Under the pieces are notes generated by a model. The model had not been told where the DNA came from. It worked only from the letters and a program-made list of their open reading frames with translations, and did no database searches. A stretch of 64,000 bases of DNA from assembly GCA_027593235.1 (NCBI GenBank), contig JAQCIU010000019.1, forward strand, positions 1 through 64,000, written 5' to 3'. A program made the position numbers and the translations under genes. Of this stretch, positions 17,139-25,179 are shown piece by piece (position 1 is the first letter of the stretch; every line of letters starts with the position of its first letter). The DNA comes from Chloroflexota bacterium (GTDB lineage: Bacteria; Chloroflexota; Dehalococcoidia; UBA2979).

Positions 17139-18019
17139 GTGAAGATCGAACGACCGACGATCGGCATTCACTTGCCCGGCGCGTCCAGCGTCGGGCTGGC
17201 GAGTGGAGCGGAGTACGCGGCGTTCTGCCGTGAGGCGGAAGCGCTGGGCTTCGACGCGCTCTGGGTGGAGGACCGCGTCTTCCACCCGGCGCACGTCGCC
17301 GATTCACTGACGCTGCTGACGTGGGCGGCGGCGAACACGGAGCGGGTGCTGCTTGGCACGGCGGTGCTGCTGCTGAACCTGCGGCAGGCGCCGCTGGTGG
17401 CGCGTCAGGTGTCGACGCTGCAGCACCTCTCCGGTGGCCGCGCCGTCCTGGGGCTCTCGATCGGCGGGAGTGCGGAGGAGTACGCCGCTCTCGGCGTGCC
17501 GATCGAGCGACGAGTCGGCGTGTTCCGCGAGGGCCTCGCGGTGTTGCGTGAGCTGCTGAGCGGCGAGCTGGTGCGACCGGGCGCACAGGTGCCGATCCTG
17601 ATCGGCGGTGGCGCGGACGCGGCGATCCGGCGGGCCGGGGCACTTGGCGACGGCTGGATCATGGGACCGTTCGGGGACCTCGATGGCTTCGCGCGCGGGC
17701 GGGAGCTGGCGCGCGCGGGGGGGCGGCGGCGGGCCGCGACCCGGATGCGCTGACATACGGACGGCTATTGTACGTCGCGGTGGACGACGACCGCGAGCGG
17801 GCACGCGGCGAGCTGACGACGTTCCTCCACGGTTACTACGGGCCGCGGTTCGACGTGGAGCGGCAGGCGATCTTCGGATCGGCCTCGGAGGTGACGGCAC
17901 GCCTCGAGGAGCAGCGGGCGGCGGGGATCGAGCACCTGATGCTCGGCGTGCCGACGCTCGACCGCGATGGGCTGCGGCGGCTGGCCGAGGTGCTGACGCG
18001 GCTCCGAGGCGACGCCTAG
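17139..18019 (+). pseudogene. LLM-class flavin-dependent oxidoreductase, frameshifted at a G7 run (17717-17723)
   Basis: AEALGFDALWVEDR, NTERVLLGTAVL, PILIGG..AAIRRAGALGDGW in one frame; GRDPDALTYGRLLYVAVDDD...FGSASEV...GIEHLML continues in another. Confidence 0.8.
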
Positions 18020-18073
18020 CCCGCGGGTGGTTCGAGGGCGCCTCGTGGATCCGGTGCCTATGATGGCGGCCAG

Positions 18074-18658
18074 ATGGTCACCTACGACGCCCGCACCGCA
18101 CTGATCGTGGTCGACGTGCAGAACGACTTCGCCGATCCGGCGGGGCGCCTCTACGTGTCAGGCGGCGAGTACGTGGTGCCGCGGATCAACGAGGAGATCG
18201 AACGGGCGCGGGACGCCGCCGCCACGGTCTTCTACACGCAGGACTGGCATCCGCCGCACACGCCGCACTTCGCCGACGACGGCGGTATCTGGCCGGTGCA
18301 CTGCGTGCGCGGGACCTGGGGCGCGGCGTTCCACCCCGACCTGACGGTCGAGGGCGAGATCGTGCGCAAGGGCACCGAGGGCGAGGACGGCTATTCCGGC
18401 TTCTCGGTGCGCGACCCCGAGAGCGGCGAGGAGAGCCCGACGGTCCTGCAGGGGCTAGTGGCGGCGCAGGCGATCGAACGCATCGTCGTCGTCGGGCTGG
18501 CGACCGACTACTGCGTGAAGGAGACGGTGCTGGACGCGTGCCGGCTCGGCTTCGCTACGACGGTGCGGTTCGACGCGATCGCGGCGGTCGACCTCGAAGA
18601 TGGCGATGGGGCGCAGGCGCTCGCCGCGATGCGCGAGGCCGGGGCACACATCGAGTGA
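18074..18658 (+). CDS. pncA: Nicotinamidase/pyrazinamidase
   Basis: ALIVVDVQNDF, QDWHP, WPVHCV, RKG, YSGF, GLATDYCV. Confidence 0.93.
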   Translation: MVTYDARTALIVVDVQNDFADPAGRLYVSGGEYVVPRINEEIERARDAAATVFYTQDWHPPHTPHFADDGGIWPVHCVRGTWGAAFHPDLTVEGEIVRKGTEGEDGYSGFSVRDPESGEESPTVLQGLVAAQAIERIVVVGLATDYCVKETVLDACRLGFATTVRFDAIAAVDLEDGDGAQALAAMREAGAHIE

Positions 18659-20025
18659 CCGCCAGCACCGACCCCACGAGCGCGCTGTTCGTCGACCTCT
18701 ACGAGCTGACGATGGCGCAGGCGTACCTCCACGAAGGCCGGCACACCGAACCCGCGGTCTTCGATCTCTTCTTTCGCACGCTGCCAGCGAACCGCAATTT
18801 CCTGGTTGCCGCCGGGCTCCATCAGTTGCTGGCGGACCTCGAAACATTCGCGTTCAGCAGCGAGGATGTCGCGTATCTGGACTCGCTCGGGCGGTTCGCG
18901 CCGGACTGTCTCGACTGGCTCGCGGGCTGGCGGTTCACCGGCGATGTGCGCGCGATGCCCGAGGGCACGCCCGTCTTCGGCAACGAGCCGCTCGTCGAGG
19001 TGACCGCGCCGCTCGGGGAGGCGCAGCTCATCGAGACGCTGGTCATCAACCGTCTCCACTTCGCGACGTTGGTCGCCTCGAAGGGCGTTCGCGTGACGTT
19101 GGCGGCGGCCGGTCGGTCCGTGGTCGATTTCGGGGCGCGACGCGCCCACGGCCTCGACGCCGCCGCCGAGGCGGCCCGCGCGCTCTACCTCGTAGGTTTC
19201 GACGGCAGCTCGAACGTGCAGGCGGGGCAGCGCCACGGCGTGCCTGTCGCCGGGACGATGGCGCACTCCTACGTGCAGGCGCACGAGGACGACCTCGCGG
19301 CGTTCCGGGCATTCGTCGCGGAGTACCCGGACACGATCCTGCTGGTCGACACGTACGACACGCGCGCCGGCGTCGAGGCTGTGATTGCCCTCGGACGGGA
19401 GTTGGAGGCGCGGGGGGAACGACTGCAGGTGCGGGCGCTGCGGATCGACTCAGGCGACCTCGCTGCCGAGGCGCGGAGCGCCCGGGCACTGCTCGACGCG
19501 GCCGGCCTCGAACGGATCGAGTTGTTCGCGAGCGGCGGGCTGGACGAGGACGACGTCGCGGCGCTAGTTGCGGCGGGGGCGCCGTACGACGGGTTCGGCG
19601 TCGGGACGCGGATTGTCACCTCGAATGATGCGCCGAGCGGCGACGCGGTCTACAAGCTCGTCGCGCTCGCCGGTACCGGCCGCGTGAAGTTGTCGCCGGA
19701 GAAGGAGACGCTCCCGGGCGCGAAGCAGGTCTACCGCCAGTTCGGCGCAGACGGCCGCGCCAGCGGCGACGTACTGACGACCGCGGACGACGACACGATC
19801 GAGGGCGAGCCGCTGCTCCTCGAGGTGATGCGCGACGGACGGCGGTTGGCCGGAGCCGAGGCTGCGACCGACCTCGAAGGGTCGCGGGCGCGGGTGGCTA
19901 ACGAGCTGGCGCGGCTACCGGAGGGGATGCGCGCCCTCGATGTGTCGACATCGCCGTACTCGGTGGTGGTGAGCGCTGCGCTAGCCGCGGCGCGTGACCG
20001 CGCCGTCGAGCGTGCGTTGGAGTAG
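18655..20025 (+). CDS. pncB: Nicotinate phosphoribosyltransferase
   Basis: DLYELTMAQAY, DFGARRAHG, GTMAHSY, LVDTYD, RIDSGD, ASGGLDE, VYKL; GTG start overlaps pncA stop. Confidence 0.95.
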   Translation: MTASTDPTSALFVDLYELTMAQAYLHEGRHTEPAVFDLFFRTLPANRNFLVAAGLHQLLADLETFAFSSEDVAYLDSLGRFAPDCLDWLAGWRFTGDVRAMPEGTPVFGNEPLVEVTAPLGEAQLIETLVINRLHFATLVASKGVRVTLAAAGRSVVDFGARRAHGLDAAAEAARALYLVGFDGSSNVQAGQRHGVPVAGTMAHSYVQAHEDDLAAFRAFVAEYPDTILLVDTYDTRAGVEAVIALGRELEARGERLQVRALRIDSGDLAAEARSARALLDAAGLERIELFASGGLDEDDVAALVAAGAPYDGFGVGTRIVTSNDAPSGDAVYKLVALAGTGRVKLSPEKETLPGAKQVYRQFGADGRASGDVLTTADDDTIEGEPLLLEVMRDGRRLAGAEAATDLEGSRARVANELARLPEGMRALDVSTSPYSVVVSAALAAARDRAVERALE

Positions 20026-20036
20026 CGATACGCCAG

Positions 20037-21347
20037 TCAGCCGGCGGCGACCGATTCCGAGCGATCGGGGTCACCGCCCGACTGCGGATCGAGCGAGTCC
20101 TCGATGATCGAGTCGCCGCGGAGCGTTCTCAGCTCGCTTGCGGCGAAGTAGGCGACGAGGGCGAACGCGGTGACGGCGAGTGAACCGGCGGCGATGGTGA
20201 CGCGCACGCCGATCACCTCCGCCGCGATGCCCGCGATGAAGCCGCCAATCGAGGCGAGGAAGTAGGTCATTGTCCAGATGCCCATGACCCGGCCTCGCAA
20301 CTGGTCGGGGACCGCGAGTTGAAGCACGGTCATTCCGATCACGAGGAAGATCTCCTCGGCGAACCCGCCGAGCAGGAGGAGTAGCGCCGCCGGCGCAAGC
20401 GAGTCGGTGGCCGCGAACAGCGCGACCAGCACGCCGAAGATCGCAGCGAACCCAAACATCACCAAGCCGGGCCTCGATCCAATGCCGTGGCGGAGGATGA
20501 CGTAGGTGCCCGCCAGCGCACCCACGCCGGCCGCAGCCTCGAGCATGCCGAAGCCGGTCGCCCCGACGTTGAGCAGATACTCGGCGAAGATCGGCAACAG
20601 GACGACGTACGACGAACCGAACACGGAGGTGAAGAACGACAGACCGATGATCGAAAGGAACACGGGACGCGACCAGATGAAGCGGAGGCCGGTCATCACC
20701 CCGCCCTGGTCCGTGGAGGACTGGACTGACGTTCGCGGTGGCAGGTGAAGCGTCAGCAGGACGACCACCGAGATCGCCGTCGCGACCGCGGCAACCAGGA
20801 ACGCCTGACCGGTACCGACCAGCGCGATCAGCACGCCGCTGGCAGCGGGACCGACGATGCGCATGGCGCCCCAGACGCCGCTGTTCAGGGCAACCGCACT
20901 GGCCATTACCTTGCGCTCGATCAATCGCGGGAGAATCGCGCTCATCGAGGGTGCGGCGAGGGCCGCGAACGAGCCGGTGGCCAGCGCCCACACGATGACC
21001 ATCCAGAGAGTGACGGTACCGGTCACGATGAGCATCGCGAGGACAAGATGTCCGATGAAGCTCATAAACTGGCTGCTGACGAGCAGCCGATACGGATCGG
21101 TCCGATCGGCGAGTGAGCCCGCCGGTATGGAGAGCAGGATCGTCGGCAGCGAGGTCGCGAGCCAGACCATGCCGAGCCAGAAGGGCGATTGATCAAGCTC
21201 GACGGCGACCAGCCACCCGGCGCCGATGAAGCGAAACTGGATGCCGAACACGCGGACGATGGCAGCGAACCAGTAGCGTCGGTAGTTGGGGTACGCCAGA
21301 GCACCCCACTGCGAATCGCTCGCTACCGCCGTTCCGGTGCCACCCAT
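20037..21347 (-). CDS. MFS transporter (MFS_3/DHA3-like)
   Basis: ALAYPNYRRYW, GSLADR, about 12 TM helices, VPDQLRGRVMG. Confidence 0.9.
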   Translation of the reverse strand: MGGTGTAVASDSQWGALAYPNYRRYWFAAIVRVFGIQFRFIGAGWLVAVELDQSPFWLGMVWLATSLPTILLSIPAGSLADRTDPYRLLVSSQFMSFIGHLVLAMLIVTGTVTLWMVIVWALATGSFAALAAPSMSAILPRLIERKVMASAVALNSGVWGAMRIVGPAASGVLIALVGTGQAFLVAAVATAISVVVLLTLHLPPRTSVQSSTDQGGVMTGLRFIWSRPVFLSIIGLSFFTSVFGSSYVVLLPIFAEYLLNVGATGFGMLEAAAGVGALAGTYVILRHGIGSRPGLVMFGFAAIFGVLVALFAATDSLAPAALLLLLGGFAEEIFLVIGMTVLQLAVPDQLRGRVMGIWTMTYFLASIGGFIAGIAAEVIGVRVTIAAGSLAVTAFALVAYFAASELRTLRGDSIIEDSLDPQSGGDPDRSESVAAG

Positions 21348-21450
21348 TCGCTCAGCCTACGCCCGAGCCCCGGCAGCGACTGGCCCCCTACCCGTCGATG
21401 CGCGCGGCGCGCGCTGGACTTGGCTTCGTGCTGCGGGCGGCGTTGAGCGC

Positions 21451-23178
21451 CTAGTCGTAGACCGCGAGTTGCTTCCGAGGGGTGGCCGCAAATCGCGTCG
21501 CTGCCATCAGCGGGAGGTCGGCTTCGGGGTGGCCGCCGAGAAGTCGTGACTCCTCGATTGCCGCGTGGCAGGTCTTGAGGACGTGCGCCTGCTGGATGAA
21601 GCGGCCGTCGTCGGCCTCGATCGCTTCGCGGCCGAGAGCGGTGTAGAGCGGGGCGCGGTCGAGTTCGGTGCGGCGCCACTGGCGGACGTGGGCGAGGGCG
21701 CGCGCTTCGTCGCGGTCGAAGATCGATTCACGGAGAGAAGCGCTGACGTCTTCGGGGGCGACGTCGACGGATGGGAGCAGGCCTTCGTCGGCGCGGGCGC
21801 CGTCTGGGCGGTCGAAGCGCTTCTGGTCGTTGATGAACCAGGCCGAGTGGTAGAGCGAACGCAGCACCTCGGGCGTTGCGCCGCGCGCAAGGAGTGAGCG
21901 TGTGGCGTTGGCGTGGGTGAGGAGGTGCGTGACCTCGAGCCAGCCGCCATCGTCCCAGACCGCCTCGTCATGGCTGGTTTCCCAGGCGGTGTCGAAGCGG
22001 AGCATCCGCTCCGAGGCGGCGAGCACCAGCTCTCGCGCGACGTCATCGAGGGCGACGCCGGCGCCGAGGGCGGCGTGCACCGCCTCGAAGGCGTCGCTGT
22101 TCTTGCCGAAGAGGATCTGCTGACGGAAACGGGCGCTGTCCCAGCGCGCACCGAGGGCGGAGTTGCTCTGCTTCGCGAGCAGCGAGGGGAAGCTGGACTC
22201 CGCCTCGTTGAGTTGCGTTATGTAACGACGCATCTCCGGCAACTTGTCGTAGCGGGTCGCCCAGGCGATCGACGGGACCAGCGACGGGATCACCGGCAGC
22301 AGCGCCTCCCAGCCGACGCGGTCGGCGAACTGGCTGAGCTTGTGGACGTAGATCATTTGGTGGCCGAAGCCGAGGAAATGGTCCGTCGCGGCGTTCGTCA
22401 GCCAGCGCGCGATCTCTCCCGAGGGCGCGCCGGACTCGATTGCGCCTGTCAACATTGCTTCCGCGCCGTCGACGTCCTCGGTCTCGATGCGGTGGCGGAA
22501 CTCGCGCTCCCCTGCCGCATCCGAGGGCTGTTGGCCCTCGGGAGTCGGGCGCGCGGGGTAGCGGCGGACCGGATCGGAGCTGGCGAAGAGGGCGCGGACC
22601 GTGGGGACGACCGCCTCGTCGGGGTAGAACTCGGCGAGGGAGACGCAGTCGGCGATGACGGCGAGGGCGTGGCCCCAGCCGTACTCCTCGCGCTCTGCGT
22701 TATGTAGAGCGCCCTGCCGCATCACCTCGGCGGGGAGCATGCCGAGCTCGAGGAGTCGTGCAGCCTCGCGGGCGATGCGACCGCCCTCGAATTTGACGAG
22801 GCCCTCGCGCAGGCTCGCGAGGCGCTCGCTCATCTGGTCCTCGACCGGCGGCGGGGTGAGGTCTACGAAGATGCGACCGCCATCGACGCGCAGCGGGTAC
22901 GAGCGCGCGCCCTCCTCCCCGAACTGCGCCGCGCCATCCTCGAGGGCGAACTTCCAGTTGTGCCACTCGCAGGTCAGCGTGCAGGCCTCGTCATTCACAC
23001 GGCCGACGGCGAGCGGGTAGCCCTCGTGGGGACAACGGTTATCGAGGGCGTAGAGCCGGCCCTGGCTCTCGATGACGACGACCTGGCGGTCGCCGAGGCG
23101 CTTCACGAGGCGGCCGTCGCGGAGGTCGTCCAGCGGACCGACCTCGGTCCAGGCACTGTTCGTCGTGTTCGTCGCCAT
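21451..23178 (-). CDS. Rieske [2Fe-2S] domain protein with long helical, His-motif C-terminal region
   Basis: NRCPHEGYPL...TCEWHNWKF Rieske motif; start ATG 23178 with GGAGG RBS. Confidence 0.85.
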   Translation of the reverse strand: MATNTTNSAWTEVGPLDDLRDGRLVKRLGDRQVVVIESQGRLYALDNRCPHEGYPLAVGRVNDEACTLTCEWHNWKFALEDGAAQFGEEGARSYPLRVDGGRIFVDLTPPPVEDQMSERLASLREGLVKFEGGRIAREAARLLELGMLPAEVMRQGALHNAEREEYGWGHALAVIADCVSLAEFYPDEAVVPTVRALFASSDPVRRYPARPTPEGQQPSDAAGEREFRHRIETEDVDGAEAMLTGAIESGAPSGEIARWLTNAATDHFLGFGHQMIYVHKLSQFADRVGWEALLPVIPSLVPSIAWATRYDKLPEMRRYITQLNEAESSFPSLLAKQSNSALGARWDSARFRQQILFGKNSDAFEAVHAALGAGVALDDVARELVLAASERMLRFDTAWETSHDEAVWDDGGWLEVTHLLTHANATRSLLARGATPEVLRSLYHSAWFINDQKRFDRPDGARADEGLLPSVDVAPEDVSASLRESIFDRDEARALAHVRQWRRTELDRAPLYTALGREAIEADDGRFIQQAHVLKTCHAAIEESRLLGGHPEADLPLMAATRFAATPRKQLAVYD

Positions 23179-23239
23179 GGCGCGCCTCCCTGGAGTTCGC
23201 GATGCACCGTCATCATCGCCCCGCCGGTCAAGCGCGAAC

Positions 23240-23255
23240 CTGACCGCGCGGACAG
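23240..23255. promoter_or_regulatory. Candidate NarL/LuxR-type operator (imperfect inverted repeat)
   Basis: CTGACC-GCGC-GGACAG (one mismatch) in the divergent intergenic region. Confidence 0.4.
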
Positions 23256-23288
23256 TCGGGCCGAGGCTTCCTGTGGCACGATCCGCAC

Positions 23289-24485
23289 ATGCCTTCGACG
23301 CAGCCGTCCTCGAACGATCGGCCCAGCGCCTCGGATGTCCCGACCTTCGAGCTGCTCGACGCGGTGAGCCGCGCGGTCGCGGAGGAAGCGGGGCACCTCG
23401 ACGGTGGGGCGATGTGCCAGCGCGTCGTCGACACGGTCTGCGATGCGTACGCAATGCCGACGGGCTGGGCCTACCTCTTCGATCGCGACACCGGAGAGCC
23501 GCGGCTGGCGGCGACACGCGGACTACCGCCCGTCTTTTCCGAGGAGCCGGAGCGCTGGGAAGGCCTCTGCTGGTGCGTGGAGGCGTTGCTGGAGCCGCAC
23601 GTGCCGGGCGCGCGCGCCGACAACGTCGACATGATTCAGTGCACGCGGCTCTACGGCATTCGGCCCGGCGACAGCGCGGGGCTGACCCACCACACGACCG
23701 TGCCGCTGATCGCCGCCGGGCGTCGCGTCGGCGTGATCAACGTCGCTCGCGAGGACTGGCGGGCGATCCCCGAGCCCGACCTCGCGGTGCTGACGCTGAT
23801 CGGCCGGATGCTCGCCGTTGGGGTCGCGGGGCTTGAGGTGCAGGGCAGCGCCGTCGCCGAGGCGGTCACGGCGGACCGGCTCAACCTGGCGCAGGAGTTG
23901 CACGACACCGTGCTGCAGGCGCTGACCGGCATCGCGCTCAACCTCGATGTCGCGGCGGGGGCGCTGGCCGACTCGCCGGACGTGGCGGCGGAGCGGCTGG
24001 AGCGCAGCGCGCATCTGACGCAGCAGGCGCTGGAGAACGCGCGCGGCGCGATCGAGGGGCTACACGCGCGGGCTGCGGAGAGCGGTGGCCTCGCGGCGGC
24101 GATCGGACGGCTGGCCGATGAGTTCACGGCGAACTACGGCATTCCGGTCGAGCGCGAGATCGAGTTGACCGCCGAGCCGCTGTCGCCGGCGGTGGAGCAC
24201 GGCCTGCTGCGTGTCATCTCCGAGGGGCTGCACAACGTGGTGAAGCATGCCGACGCCAGCCACGCGACGATCACGCTGCGCCGCCGTGACCGCCGGCTGA
24301 GCTTGATCCTCGAGGACGACGGGCGCGGGTTCGAGCGAGCCACTGTCTACGCTTCTCCGCACGGCTACGGGCTGGCGAGCATGCGGCGGCGGGTGCGTCT
24401 CCTTGGTGGGCGGTTCCGGCTCAAGACGGCGCCCGGTGAGGGCACCCGCGTCGAGGTCAGCGTGAGCGTCGATGCCGGCGGGTAG
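23289..24485 (+). CDS. GAF-domain HisKA_3 sensor histidine kinase with Cys-rich GAF
   Basis: GLCWC...IQCTRL...THHTTVPL; RLNLAQELHDTVLQAL; EGLHNVVKHA; EDDGRGF; GYGLASMRRR; no TM segment. Confidence 0.9.
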   Translation: MPSTQPSSNDRPSASDVPTFELLDAVSRAVAEEAGHLDGGAMCQRVVDTVCDAYAMPTGWAYLFDRDTGEPRLAATRGLPPVFSEEPERWEGLCWCVEALLEPHVPGARADNVDMIQCTRLYGIRPGDSAGLTHHTTVPLIAAGRRVGVINVAREDWRAIPEPDLAVLTLIGRMLAVGVAGLEVQGSAVAEAVTADRLNLAQELHDTVLQALTGIALNLDVAAGALADSPDVAAERLERSAHLTQQALENARGAIEGLHARAAESGGLAAAIGRLADEFTANYGIPVEREIELTAEPLSPAVEHGLLRVISEGLHNVVKHADASHATITLRRRDRRLSLILEDDGRGFERATVYASPHGYGLASMRRRVRLLGGRFRLKTAPGEGTRVEVSVSVDAGG

Positions 24486-25128
24486 CGGAAGCAGCACCGC
24501 GCCTCCGGAGGTTGCGGTGCTGCGCGTCGTCGTCGCGGACGACCACCCGGTCGTGCGGGACGGCGTCGTCGCGTTGCTCGGCGCGCGCGGGTTCGAGGTG
24601 GTCGGTGAGGCCGACGATTCGGAGCGGGCGATCGCGATCTGCGGCGTGCGTGCGCCCGACGTCCTGCTGCTCGACTACGAGCTGCCACCCGGCGACGCGC
24701 CGTCCGTGATCGCCGCCGTCCGCGCGAACGACGGCGACACGCGCATCCTCGTGTTCTCCGCGTACCGCGACGCGGACCGAGCGCGCGCAGCCCTCGATGC
24801 CGGTGCGGACGGCTACGTGACGAAAGGCCTACGCGCCGCGGCGCTGGTCGACGCGATCCGGCGTATCGCTGCTGGGGAGCGGGTGGTCGACGCCGATGTC
24901 GACCGCGCGTTGCGCGACGACGCGCACCGCGCCCAGCCGACGGAGCGACAGCGCAGCGTGATCGCCCTCGTAGCCGGCGGGGCGACGAACCGGGAGATTG
25001 CGGCGGCCCTCGGGATCACCGAGCGCACGGTGAAGTACCACCTGCGCGCGGTGTTCGACCGGCTGGGCGCGTCGAACCGGGCGGAGGCGGTCGCGCGGGC
25101 GGGGGACGCGGGGTGGCTGGGGCGCTAG
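24472..25128 (+). CDS. NarL/LuxR family response regulator
   Basis: VVADDHPVVRDG, PDVLLLD, GYVTK, GATNREIAAALGITERTVKYH; exact start uncertain. Confidence 0.92.
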   Translation: MPAGSGSSTAPPEVAVLRVVVADDHPVVRDGVVALLGARGFEVVGEADDSERAIAICGVRAPDVLLLDYELPPGDAPSVIAAVRANDGDTRILVFSAYRDADRARAALDAGADGYVTKGLRAAALVDAIRRIAAGERVVDADVDRALRDDAHRAQPTERQRSVIALVAGGATNREIAAALGITERTVKYHLRAVFDRLGASNRAEAVARAGDAGWLGR

Positions 25129-25179
25129 GCGCACTCTCGGGCGGTTGAGGAATCATCTACGCCCGTTATCATTTGGCGC

